The position numbers and the translations under genes were made by a program. 64,000 bases of DNA from Bilabrum cf. latius (lineage: Eukaryota). The notes beneath the pieces were generated by a model that was given only the letters and a program-made list of their open reading frames with translations, was not told the origin of the DNA and did not search any database. Where the stretch lies: contig OZ237750.1 in assembly GCA_965178125.1 (NCBI GenBank), forward strand, positions 124,001 to 188,000. The letters run 5' to 3'. This document shows, in pieces, positions 37,171 through 49,424 of this stretch. Each line of letters begins with the position of its first letter. Position 1 is the stretch's first letter.

Positions 37171-37555
37171 CCCCAGGGAAAACCAACAGGAAGGGAGTAC
37201 CTTAAAGGTAAACCAAAGAGGTAGGCCAGGCTATCCACACGGGAGCGGCCCCACACGAACCGGAAAGCCAGCCAGGTGGCTGAACGGACACTACACAGCA
37301 ACAACACACAGCCCCTCCCGCAGGGAGATAAAGAACACAATAAGGAGCCGCTGAGAGAGGCAAGAAGATAATCGGATTAGATCAACCGATCTGGTCCAAT
37401 TGTCTTGCTAGGAAGCTCTCACTTGGTACTATTGTATGCTTCTTTGCTATTATTTGTGAGTGCCGGTGAGCCGAGCTCCCCGGTATAGTTACGTGCACTT
37501 TAGTGCGCTAGAATGAGGTATAACTAGAAGTGATTGCAAACGTGTAGGCCTTAAA

Positions 37556-40500
37556 ATGGAAGCTACGTAGTCTATGCTACCGTCTGCACGTGAAAGTGAT
37601 GGCGAGAATAGGAGAAAAGATCAATATCATCCGTTTTTCACCTTGGTTCAGTCTGAATCAAGAGCCAGAATCAAGTCAAAGGGTGGGAGACGCAGACCCC
37701 CAGATCTAAAGTCCAGTCAAGGGCAACCGAAACGCCGTCGAACTTAGACCAGCGTCAGTACAGTGAAGGGGAAAGATCGCGAAAAGTTGATTCGCCAACG
37801 TAGGCAAGCGCTGGAAACCATGAAAAGAAACCTCGTGAAGCATCCACTTGGAAAAACCATGTTCGAGGCGTCCCTACAATCGAGACAGGATGACTTTCTA
37901 ATGGATTCTAAAGTTTACTGCATGGGCTGTGGGAAATGTATCACTGCGTTGCGATGGGCAGCTGCAAAGAGTCACCTGGTTAGTACGCACGGTGGAGAAC
38001 GTGTAGATGCTGGACTTGATCCAAGCGTCGTGCACGGTGACATTCTGCTTGCTGAACAGCAGCGTTTTGGTGGGCCACGTGCAATTGCTGAAATAATTGA
38101 GGGTACCCGTGTGTCAGAATCCGCCGCCGGTGCAACGGTGCAGGACAAGCATGAACTACGAAGGACAGGCCGGCTTGCAGTAGCGCTTGCCAAGCAATCT
38201 CAGTAGCAAAGAGAACCCCAGACAGCGATAGGGCGGTTACTACCCGCCGAACCGTTAGACGCTGAAGCCTTCCGTGCTGTAGGCGCTCGATCCTTGATTT
38301 CCATGCTTCGTGGATATGGGATGAGTGTTGACCACATCAAGGTTGTACTCAGTGACAGGTTCAGGTCCATGACCAGGAGATTGAGACCAGCAACAGGATA
38401 CACTGAGTATCATGTGAAGCAGGCATGTGATAGCCCCCAAGGCTTAATTGATGCGATTCTGCTTCGCCTGCGAGACATCATTGACATGGAGCGGCAGGCT
38501 GGGCGACCAGTTCGCGCTGGCATTTTGCATGATGAGTCCAAATTCTACGCGGGAAAATTAACATTTGTTATGCTTCGAGGATCATGGTCAATAGACAAAG
38601 GTGGGCCATACCTCATAGGATACGATGTGACGTCGTAGTCGGTCGATTCGAACTATGTTGCTGACCTGCTCGTGGCTGTGATTTCTCGCTTGTGCAAGAT
38701 GACTACGCTGTCCCTCAAGCATATTTGCATGCTTGTATCAGATAATGCTAGTTATGCATAGTTGGGGTCCTCTTTGGTTCAGAAGAAATTCGAAGAGGCA
38801 TGGGGGCGGCTCGCACCAGGTATGCCTCTGGAGTGCAACGGGTTCATGGTTGGACAGTGTCTGTCGCACGGTTTGAACCTCGTTGATTCGGTCATCCTAA
38901 AGGCTGAAGTTGGACAGACATCGGATGGCAATGCATGCACGCTCAGTGGCCTGGTCAGGGCAATTTCCAATGCGCGATCGAGAAGTACTGATGCAAGTGA
39001 TGAGCTGGCGGCTGTTGTGAAGGAGGCCTTCGGCTAGGCTGCGGCAGGAGACGACGAGTTTCCGATTAAGGATGCGAAGGCCATTCTGTACGCCAACGAA
39101 ACAAGGTGGGAAACCGGCAGTAGAGCTGTGGTAGCTTTCTGTCATCGTATGATTGGAGCGAAGGTGGTCGCCCTCGCCGAATTGCAGAACTCGAAATCGA
39201 ACTGGCATGCCCTCGCACAGCGGATCCTGAGTGAATTACCGGCTGGAGGTGGTAACAGGCTAGATATTCGGTATATTAATGCTGTGTGCAGGACCGTTGC
39301 CCCTATTTTGAGAATAGTCTCTGCAGCCATCCAGGCATCACAGGCCCAACAGAGCTTCCGATCTCAACACGTGGAAACCATGTTGCACGTTCGGCGCGTG
39401 CTATCAACGTTTGTACAGAGGAATGGGTATGCCTATGTTGCAAGTAATGGTGTGATGGGCTTTGCAGCTGCTGTTGAGGCCGATGCAGGTGCTGCTGAGG
39501 CCGGAGCAGGTGCTGCTGAGGCCGGGGCAGGTGCTGCTGAGGCCGGGGCAGGTGCTGCTGAGGCCGGGGCAGGTGCTGCTGAGGCCGGGGCAGGTGCTGC
39601 CGAGGCCGGGGCAGGTGCTGCTGAGGCCGGGGCAGGTGCTGCCGAGGCCGAGGCAGGTGCTGCTGAGGCCGGGGCAGGTGCTGCCGAGGCCGGGGCAGGT
39701 GCTGCTGAGGCCGGGGCAGGTGCTGCTGAGGCCGGGGCAGGTGCTGCTGAGGCCGGAGCAGGTGCTGCTGAGGCCGGGGCAGGTGCTGCCGAGGCCGGGG
39801 CAGGTGCTGCTGAGGCCGGGGCAGGTGCTGCTGAGGCCGGGGCAGGTGCTGCTGAGGCCGGGGCAGGTGCTGCTGAGGCCGGGGCAGGTGCTGCTGAGGC
39901 TGGTGTCCGCACTGATAGCGCTATGGTCGATGACACAGGAACTGCGATAGCGCGTTTAAGTCCAGTGAATACGAGCCTCTGGCATGATGTTGTGGATGCA
40001 TGCGCTGCAGAGGGCGGAGGAGCCGGACTGGAACAAGCTCACCGGGAGCTGATATACACCTACCTACATCCTGCTCTCGTGCTTGCGTTTTAGAAGTATG
40101 ATGAGCGGCTTGGTAGGATGCACAGCCTATTGGATCTCATCCGGCTGCTTGACCACAGGCAAAGTAAGGCCGTCCGCGAGTCCGTGCTCTCAATGGTCCC
40201 GAGGTTGAGCAGGGTAGTCGGCACGTCGTTTGCTGAGCGGAGATTCGCAGGGTCACTACAGGACTTGGACATGGAATGGATCAAGTTCCTGACGCATGAT
40301 GTGTCAATAGTTGCTGCAATTAATGCAGCTTAGGGCATTGACCCGCTTGAATTTTGGATGGGAGCTCCGGGTCACTGCAGACAGATGCAAGCGCTTGCTG
40401 CAGAACTTCGAGCCGCTTGTCTGTCCCAGGCAGGCGTTGAGTCGGTGTTCTCGATTGCAAGCAATTTGTAGAACACTCGTGCTGCATGTGAGCATCCGGA

Positions 40501-40846
40501 CACGTTCGTCTCGAGAGTGATTGCTAGCCATGCAAAGTCGTACTTGATGGAGGTGGCGCAGGCATGCACAGTCAAGATGGACGAGATAGACGCCTCTGCG
40601 ATAGCTGCGTTGGATGCCGCTGGCTCTGAAGGCTAGAGCAAGCAAGCACACTCTGGTGCTGGACATAGTGCCGCCGAGTTGCAGTAGAGCAGAGTGGGGC
40701 AGTCAAATGTGTTGCAGCCTGGTTCAAGTGGCAGCGGCAGCAGCAGTGCCAGTAGCGCCGTCAGTAGCAGCGCCAGTATCAGCTCCAGCAGCAGAAGCAG
40801 TGCAAGTCTAGGCTCCCGAAGTTCTGGAGTAGGTCTCTCAACCTAA
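37556..40846 (+). CDS. hAT transposase (1096 aa) with 11 in-frame TAG
   Basis: Zn-finger CMGC...HLVSTH, first catalytic D in LHDES, VSDNASY, CxxH motif CLSHGLNL, ETRW, and C-terminal DPLEFW...SQAGVESVFS. TAG at 37568, 37745, 38204, 38636, 38759, 39035, 40091, 40331, 40469, 40634 and 40685. No in-frame TAA or TGA until the TAA at 40844. Confidence 0.85.
39470..39905 (+). repeat. In-frame 21-bp minisatellite, about 20 copies (AAEAGAG), within the transposase
   Basis: Unit gctgctgaggccggggcaggt. Confidence 0.95.
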
Positions 40847-41039
40847 AAATGGAGCACAATGGCATCAGCAGTCACGCCGTGCTGCCCATAGCGGGGAACT
40901 GAGCTATAGGGGCCTCCAAGTAAGGTGTAGTTTCGAAAACCAGATTTTGTGTAGAAAGACTGAAAACTGATGTATATATACAAGTGAAAATACGTGATCC
41001 GATCCTTCTCTGCAGTGTAGAAATCTCCAGGTCTGCTGA

Positions 41040-42526
41040 GGGCTGGATCTAGAGAGCAAGGCACTGGCAGGCACCGCTTCCTCCTCATCCTCATCCTCAT
41101 CCTCATCCTCATCCTCATCCTCATCCTCATCCTTATCCTCATCCCCACCCCCATCCTCAGGACCAGAGCAGCTCAGCTGGGTGGCCCGAGAGACCGAGTG
41201 GCACACCTACATGCTCCGGTCCGGCGTGACTGCAGACACATTCTGGGGCGAAAGGGTGCTCAACCAGAACGGCAACTACCTGTACGTGGACCAGGTGAAT
41301 GCGGCGGAAAGGGATCCTCTGGCTCTGGGACACGTGATGCCGCTCATCCTGCAAGCCGGTGGGAGCAGCAGCAGCAACGCGACCACTGCACAAACTGGCG
41401 ATGGCGTAACCCTGCGCAGCGCAGACATCACGGCCAGTGCAGTGCGCCTGGCTCTCAAGACAAGGCAGCCGGACGGACACATGCCCTGGGGATTGCGAGC
41501 GTTTAGCAAGCTCGACGACGATCACCCCACCGGTGACCTGGAGCTAATGACGCTGCTCACAGGCACACAGCTCACCCTTGCCACTCAGAACACGAGCTGG
41601 TTGGATGCACAAAACACTGACGTTGCCGGCCGCACCATGTCGGTGGGTCACGGTCTCATGGCAGCCGCCGAGTACGCCATGCGGAACGTGCCTGCTGGCC
41701 CCCACGGACTCATGCGGGTGCTAAGAGGCGACTGGAGCGACGGAATCTTTACCTGCTGCGCCGACAAGTACGCCCCATACACGGCAGAGCTCGGCGAATC
41801 TGCCCTCAACGCCGCCATCGCGGCCTATATCATGCCGCGTTGGGCAGATGCTATGCGACTGTGGGGCAAGGAGGGCTCCGAACAGGCCGCACTTGAGGCC
41901 GAGGAGTTCGGGAGGAACCAGACGATGGCTCTGCAGCGGCAGCATCGGGGCGGCTGGTTCCCTCGAGGCTGGAAGGGACCCGCCGAGGAGGACTTGTGCG
42001 GGGACGGCAGCCGGGATGGCGACCTGTGGGCGCACGTGCAGAACTTCGCCATGATGGCAGGCGTAGTGCCCGGTGGGGAGCTGAAGGTCCGTGCACTGGC
42101 GTGCAGGATTAAGCGGCTGGTCTTGGGTCCCTCGAAGATCGGATCGCCGAACACCGGGCCCAAGCCTCTCGGTGATGGCGGCACGAGCGATGCGGGGGGT
42201 GTGTGGCCGGCGACGAACCTTTGGCTGATCACTGGCCTGGGCCAGCAGGGCCTTGAGAACAGGCCTGGGATGAGTGGGTGAGGGGGTCCATGCAGCGGCA
42301 CGCTGATAAATATATCCGGATCTTCCCAAGCGTGTGCTACGGTGTGGCCTCCTGGTCCGACGTGCTCGATTCGTACCATAGCGAGCACGAGGGCCTGGCT
42401 CGGTGCCACCGGGTCGATCCAGATCTGGATTCGACTGAGGCTGGGGGTGGGGGTGGACCTGGGGATGGGTCTGCAGGTGCACGGACAGTTGCAGCAAGAA
42501 TGGACGAGTGGGGCTGTAAATGGTGA
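41040..42526 (+). pseudogene. 5'-truncated, frameshifted GH94-like glycoside phosphorylase catalytic-domain fragment
   Basis: Motifs GPHGLMRVLRGDWSDG, GESALNAA and GGVWP. The frame opens right after the hAT right TIR without a start ATG. An apparent frameshift near 42260 continues as AWDEWVRGSMQRHADKY. Confidence 0.55.
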
Positions 42527-43190
42527 GTCTACGGATTTCTCTCGGGACTGTACAGCCGGAGCACTTTCAGTACCCATATTTCTTGACATTTAGTATTTGT
42601 CCTTGTGAGACGCAGATGCTTTCCATATATGTAGGCGCTTAATATTTTGCTTAGATAGCGCCGTATTCCGCGATCATTTGAGCATCTTCTTCCATGTGAT
42701 ACCATCAGCACATCTCTTTATATATTCTAAGTTGAATTCAGCTTCAATTTGCCGTGTGTTGCTACTGCTATAGCACTTTTTTGCTTGAAGGGGGTGGACG
42801 CTCGCGAGCACCAGGATTTCCACCGAGGTGATGACCCCCTCATCCACCCCCCGCCGTCTCTCCCCCCGTCCTCCAATCCGTCCCCACTGGCACCCCCCTC
42901 GCGGGGGTCTGAATGAGCACAGTTTGATCTCTGGTTTCTAATCAATTGAGCCCACACGCAATACTCAGCATTAGTGGTTCAAAAGTCGTGATCAGGTCAT
43001 TAAAACTGATAATCTAAAGCATCAACTAACTTAACTTCTGCAATCCTCCCTACTTGAAGCAATGCGGGGTGTTTTTCGTGAGTCGTGATACTGACTTCCT
43101 TCCCCAAACAACAGCCTGCTTTACGGCACAATCAGCAATGAATGACTGCATCAATAAATAATGCTGACATCGGAATTATAGTGGGAAATC

Positions 43191-46100
43191 ATGCCCTTTG
43201 CCCCCCTAGCAGTCGCACTTGCCCTTGCTGCTGGGGGCAGCCACGGCTCGCAGCTCAACATTCCAGTTGGGCAAGGGGTCACGGCGGCAATGTCTACGTA
43301 TACATACGTGGGAGGAGATTCGGACGAGATTATCTTCCCAGCAACGGATGCACTCGGCTCGAATGCCTGGCTGCTTGACTGCACGGCCAGCCCGCCAGCT
43401 TCGGTAAACCTTGGAGGCGCGCCAGAGAGCGATGATGACTCCAGTCCATTTGCGAGACGAGTCTATGGCTTTAAATTTGACAGCGTTTTGTACTCCATAT
43501 AGGCCGAGGACGACCCAATCTCGATCCTGAAGCATGCCAAGGACGGTCAGGGCGGATACAGTGCCACTGTGGTTGCAACCATGCCAGCAGCTGACTTCGG
43601 CACTCGCGGCCCGACTAGGACTCCCGTCGTCACAGCGGGCACGGTGTTCATCGAGGGATCAGGAGTAGTCACTAAGTTTGACGGCACAACTTGGGCCATC
43701 ACGACGGCCTTCGGCGAGGCTAGCTCCCTGAGGAAGATTCCCGGGCAGAGCCTGGACAGCGACCCCACCGTGGTCTACTCGAGCAGCAGCGACCTCATTC
43801 GCATAGATGGCCAGGGAAATGTGGTTTTCTTCAAGAATGAGACGTCCTCCCTCCTTCGCGAGGGTTTAGTAGCCAATGGTCACGTCTTCTACACCGTGCG
43901 GTCCACCCTCTTCAAGGTCAACGTGGCGACCGGGACCACCACCAACGCCAGCCTGGCTGAAGTCGCCGGGGAATCTCCATCCTTCCGATAGTATGCCATG
44001 GTGGGCTCTACTATTGTGTATTCTGACCGCAACAGCGTCCTCTACGCCATACCCACCTCAACGATGGAGGCCCGAGTCATCCCTAAGGTCTCCGTCCCGG
44101 GCACTGACGAGGACATGCAGACTCTTCTTGACATGGCCAGCGTGGGCCAGTCATTGTTCGTTCTAGGCCGGGCCGGCGACAGCGAGCACCTCTGGGAGTA
44201 CGACTTCTCGACGGAGGACACGCCAACCCCGGTGCACATCTCGGAATCGAGTGGGCAACTACGAGGGCAGGGAGAAATGCACCACTGCAGCGACTACCTG
44301 TCAAGGGTGGTGAGGAACTCAACGTCCCGGGAGTTCCTCTGGTAGCACATCGCCATCAATTCGGATGGCACTGCCGACGATGATGCTTCAGCATGCGAAC
44401 CCAACCCGTGCAAAAATGATGCTTCTTGCACTGTCGACGGAGCGGGCTTCGAATGCGAGTGCTCGACCGGATTCTCCGGGGACACATGCGACACCGTGGT
44501 AGACACCTCTCCGTGCGCAAGCACGGACTGCGAGGAGGGCATCTGCGTGGCCTCGGGTGAGGGCGACCAGGCCACCGCCAAGTGCAGCTGCAACCCCGGA
44601 TGGACCCTCGGCAGCACCCAGGCGTGCTCCGAAGAGTTGCCTACGGATGCACCCCCTACCTGCACTGACGGCATCAAGAACGGCGATGAGACCGGAGCTG
44701 ACTGCGGAACGGACTCTGGCGAATGCAGCCTCTGCAGCTCCGGCATGGCCTGCCTGGCGTCCTCAAACTGCGCGGGCGACCTAGTATGCGCCGAAGAAGA
44801 CCTCGTCTGCGCGCCTGCAGAGCAGGCGGCGGGCGTGTACACGGAGGTGGAAGGTCTGGAGCTCGAGGGCGTGTCTGCCTCTCAGTTCAACGGGGCGCTG
44901 CGCGAGTCCTTCGAGTCGTCCGTGAAGGAAAACACCGGGGCAGAGGAGGTGGCCGTGACAGGAGTGGAGGATGTGGCAGCCGCTGGCGTGGGCGGCGACC
45001 AGCGCAGGGCACGCGCGTTGCAGTCCTCCAAGCCCTCTATCTCCATCTCGTTCTCTCTAAGGTTCGCCGAGGGGACCGACACCAACAGCACCGCAAGCAA
45101 AGTGGACAAGTACGTCCGAGGCACCCCCGAGGCGGGCGGCAATGGACTCCTGGACGACCTCCGGGCTGCAGTGCCCTCCCTCGCCAGCGCCATCCAGGTG
45201 AATACCGAGGCCATGAAGACATCCGTGGAGGTGCTGGACGAGCCTAGGAGCACGCTTGAAGCCGAAAATAGCGATTCTTGCGCTGACGTAGATTGCGGCG
45301 AAGGCCGATGCGCGGCCAATCCTGACGCAGCCACCAGATACGAATGCCAGTGCAACGATGGCTGGGGACTCGATGAGAAGGGATCCTGCTCTGTCGAGGA
45401 GACGAACGATCCATGCACTGAGGTAGATTGCGGCGAAGGCCGATGCGCGGCCAATCCTGACGCAGCCACCGGATACGAATGCCAGTGCAACGATGGCTGG
45501 GGACTCGATGAGAAGGGATCCTGCTCTGTCGAGGAGACGAACGATCCATGCACTGAGGTAGATTGCGGCGAAGGCCGATGCGCGGCCAATCCTGACGCAG
45601 CCACCGGATACGAATGCCAGTGCAACGATGGCTGGGGACTCGATGAGAAGGGATCCTGCTCTGTCGAGGAGACGAACGATCCATGCACTGTGGCAGATTG
45701 CGGCGAAGGCCGATGCGCGGCCAATCCTGACGCAGCCACCGGATACGAATGCCAGTGCAACGATGGCTGGGGACTCGATGAGAAGGGATCCTGCTCTGTC
45801 GAGGAGACGAACGATCCATGCACTGAGGTAGATTGCGGCGAAGGCCGATGCGCGGCCAATCCTGACGCAGCCACCGGATACGAATGCCAGTGCAACGATG
45901 GCTGGGGACTCGATGAGAAGGGATCCTGCTCTGTCGAGGAGACGAACGATCCATGCACTGAGGTAGATTGCGGCGAAGGCCGATGCGCGGCCAATCCTGA
46001 CGCAGCCACCGGATACGAATGCCAGTGCAACGATGGCTGGGGACTCGATGAGAAGGGATCCTGCTCTGTCGAGGAGACGAACGATCCATGCACTGAGGTA

Positions 46101-48860
46101 GATTGCGGCGAAGGCCGATGCGCGGCCAATCCTGACGCAGCCACCGGATACGAATGCCAGTGCAACGATGGCTGGGGACTCGATGAGAAGGGATCCTGCT
46201 CTGTCGAGGAGACGAATGATCCCTGCGCCGAAGCCAGCTGCGGGAGGGGTCGGTGTTTCGAGGACGGGAATTCTACAATCGGATACGAATGCCGTTGCAA
46301 CCAGGGCTGGAGACTCGATGAGAAGGGATCCTGCACCGTGGAGAGCAAAGCCTGCGAAAGCGTGAACTGTGACCGAGGCCGCTGTCTGGAGAGTAGTGAC
46401 GCTGTCAGTGGATACGAGTGTCAGTGCATTCGTGGTTGGGGATTAGACAAGGGCGGGTTATGCACGGTCGACCAGAGCGACTCTGTGGGCAGCACTGAGC
46501 CCTGCGAGGCCAAGCCCTGTGGCTCTGGCCAGTGCATCACAGTGGGCGAGGGTGCAGCCACGAGCTACGTGTGCCGTTGCGACGATGGCTGGGGCAAAGA
46601 CTTCCAGGGACACTGCACCATCGAAAAGGTTGACCCATGCGAGAAGGCATAGTGCGGCAATGGCAGGTGCCTCCAGGTCCAGACCAGCGCAGCGGGATAC
46701 ATGTGCCGGTGCGATGCCGGATGGATGATGTCGCCCGGCGGATAGTGCACCGTGGAGGTGGACCGCAACCCATGCAACGACATGCCGTGCGGCCGCGGCC
46801 GCTGCAGCGAAACAGAAGCTGATCCAGGCTACGAATGCGCATGCACCGTTGGGTTCGGAAAAGACGACAAGGGGTCGTGCACCGTCTACAAGGACCCTTG
46901 CGACGAAGCCAAGTGCGGCTCTGGCTCGTGCATCCGTTCTCGCGACACGCAGGAGGGCTTCAAGTGCGAGTGCGAGGACGGCTATCGGCTGGATGCAGCG
47001 GGAAGCTGCAGCATCGAGATCAACGTAGAGGAGCCGAGCGCCTGCGACGTTGAGCCATGCGGGTTCGGGTCGTGCCAAGAGGACAGCGCGACTGCAAGTG
47101 GGTTCCAGTGCACGTGCTTCGAGGGCTACGGCAAGGACGACGAGGGGTCGTGCACCGAGAAGGACTACTGCTTCGGAGATCCTTGCGGGCAGGGAACGTG
47201 TGCCCCCTTCCCTGGTTCGTGGACGGGGTACCGCTGCACCTGCAACGAGGGCTTCTAGCTGGACAGGCTGGGCTCGTGCAGTGTCGAGGTGGTGGACTAT
47301 TGCGTCGACGAACCCTGCGGCAATGGGGAGTGCTTCTCCTTCCAGAGCAGTGGCGGCGGCTTTTTCTGCCGTTGCGAGGCCGGCTGGCTCAAAGACGCAG
47401 CGGGCGGATGCACCGTGGCTAAGCCTACTGACCCGTGCAGCACTGGGGTTGCGCAGTGCGGGCAAGGCGAGTGCGTGGAGGAAGGGAGGGCGCCCCGCGG
47501 GTACTTTTGCAGGTGCAACAATGGCTGGCTAAGGGACAGGGAGGGCGACTGCACCGTGGAAAAGACAGCCTGCGATCCTAACCCGTGCCGCAACAGGGGC
47601 CAGTGCACCATCGACGGGACCTCGTTTACCTGCGCGTGCCCGTCGACCAAGTTCTTCGGCGGTCGGTGCGAGCGGATCCGGATTGAGGGCCCTTGCGCCT
47701 CCAAGCCGTGCGGCAACGGGGTCTGCAGGGAGAACAGCCCTGGGAGCACCGAGTACGTGTGCGGCTGCGACGCAGGCTGGCTCAAGGACACGGAGGGGCA
47801 CTGCACGGTCGAGAAACCAGCGGACGCGGAGCCCACATGCACGGACGGGATCCAGAACGGAAAGGAGACAGGGATCGACTGTGGGTTCGAGGAGGAGGGT
47901 GTGTGCGGTCTTTGTGACCCCGGCCTGGGCTGCCGGTCCACCGAAAACTGCGCCGCCGAGCTCGTGTGCAGCGAAGAGACCCAGACGTGCACGGCCGCCG
48001 TCAAGGAGGCCGGGGCGTACGTCGAAGTGGACGCTTTGGAGATCCAGGGCGTGTCCCCCTCGCAATTCAAGGACACGCTGGAGGACGCCTTCAAGGAGAG
48101 CATGAGGAACAAGACGGGCGCAGAGGAGGTCAACATCGAGAAGGTGTCGAGTAGCGCAGACGACAGGCGCCTCGAGGTCGGCTCCCAAGTGCGCCCCGCG
48201 GGCTCCGTCCGCGGCTGGCATGGCCGCATGCTTCAGGCAGGCGGCATCTCCATCGACTCGAGCCTGCGCTTCCGGGCTGACGAGAACACCCTGGACGCGC
48301 AGGAGGCCGTCACCGGCTACATGTCGGGCGAATCCGAGGCGGGCGGCAACGGTCTCCTGGAGGACCTGCAGGCGGCCGCACCTGCCCTAGCTGAGCGCAT
48401 CACGGTGGACACCAGCACCATCTCCACGGAGACGGAAACGCTCGTCGTGGCAGAGATTGTGCAGGCATTCGTGGCGCCTACACCCTCCCCTTCGCCCTCG
48501 GTGACACCCACGCCGCAACCGAGCCCCGACGCCAGCCAGGCTCCTGTCGTGGGCCCTCCGGCCAGTGCCAGCCCCTCCCCTTCTCCTGAGTCCCTCGAAG
48601 GCCTCGGCATGGACGGGGACGAAGACGGGGACGACGGTCCAAGCGCTGCTGTCATCGCTATCGCTGTCTTGGCGGCTGTTGTCCTCAGCGTGCTGGCAGC
48701 TCTTGCCTACTGCATGTGCTGCCGGGGCCGCCCGACCCGCCGCCGCGATGCCGAGAAGGGGGACGTGGCAAAGGCGGACGATGTGGGCCAGAGCGACTTC
48801 GCGGGGGCCAACCCCATGAAGCAACCCGGGGCAGGTGGAGCCGTTGCCGCGCGTGGGTGA
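43191..48860 (+). CDS. Type I membrane protein with many EGF-like repeats (1889 aa)
   Basis: Signal peptide. Six ORFs in one frame, joined by TAG at 43500, 43989, 44343, 46650, 46743 and 47256; three of these lie inside EGF modules. Two CTDGIxNGxETGxDCG modules, each followed by a Cys-free domain. Pro/Ser stalk and TM helix. Ends at TGA. Confidence 0.85.
45273..46217 (+). repeat. Coding tandem array, 135-bp unit x7 (45-aa EGF-like module), near-identical copies
   Basis: Unit encodes DPCTEVDCGEGRCAANPDAATGYECQCNDGWGLDEKGSCSVEETN. Confidence 0.95.
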
Positions 48861-49424
48861 GGTGAACGGGAGTGTGGCAGGGCAGGACGGGTGAATGGGC
48901 ACCAGCTCGCCCACACCCCGATTCATCTAGATCCAGTGTAGAGCCTGCGGTGATTGCACCCGTTTTGGGCGTTGCAATAGAATCTGATCTGGATTTTCAC
49001 CCTGTCCCGCCCGGGCGTTGGTGGAGGGGAGGGCGTGGTGGGGCGGGGACAAAGGAAACGAGGAAGGAGACAGGGTCGGCGGCAAGGCGGTGTGCGGGAG
49101 CGTGAGTGTGGATGGGTAGGGGTTGGGCAGTGCTAGCCATGGTGGGAAGACAAGGGGATCGGCTGTGGAGGAGCTGCGGGATCGTGTGAGGGACCTGGAG
49201 CGGGAGCTGGCTGCGGCGAGGGAGAAGCTAGCAGCTGCAGAGGCCGGGAGTATGTGAAACTGGACTAGAGGCGAGAATATCTCTGCCCTACGGCTTGCTT
49301 GCTCAACTGAGCGCCCATCACTCTCGTCACACGACTCAGAAGTAGCCAACGCATGCTCGCTTCATTTCAGCCGCCCTGAAGCCCCCCAAAATCGGTCAAA
49401 GATATACTAAAGTGTATCGTTGGC

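Larger units (their letters stand above)
33596..37538 (-). mobile_element. Non-autonomous split-direct-repeat element (Ngaro/PAT-type tyrosine-recombinase retrotransposon derivative)
   Basis: A 166-bp repeat at 37373-37538 and 33808-33973, and a 155-bp repeat at 33974-34128 and 33596-33750. On the minus strand the order is A1-body-B1-A2-B2, with B1 and A2 abutting. No TSD, and no RT or RNase H is recognisable. Confidence 0.8.
33487..41031 (+). mobile_element. hAT-superfamily DNA transposon with a nested insertion at 33596-37538
   Basis: A perfect 13-bp inverted repeat, cctggagatttct (33487-33499) / agaaatctccagg (41019-41031), flanks a hAT transposase gene. No 8-bp TSD was found, so the exact ends are less certain than the transposase. 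Confidence 0.7.

Noticed and set aside
33479-41039. 8-bp target-site duplication for the hAT element
   Set aside because: The flanks taaaaccg and tctgctga do not match.
41079-41143. (tcctca)n microsatellite, read as MRMRMR or DEDEDE in the ORF track
   Set aside because: It is a poly-Ser linker in the GH94-like frame. Such low-complexity tracts are common throughout this window.
48988-49257. Coding-like plus-strand stretch (VEELRDRVRDLERELAAAREKL) and G-rich tract after the EGF gene
   Set aside because: No convincing start or splice acceptor links it to a gene. It may be a gene fragment, but I cannot support it as a feature.
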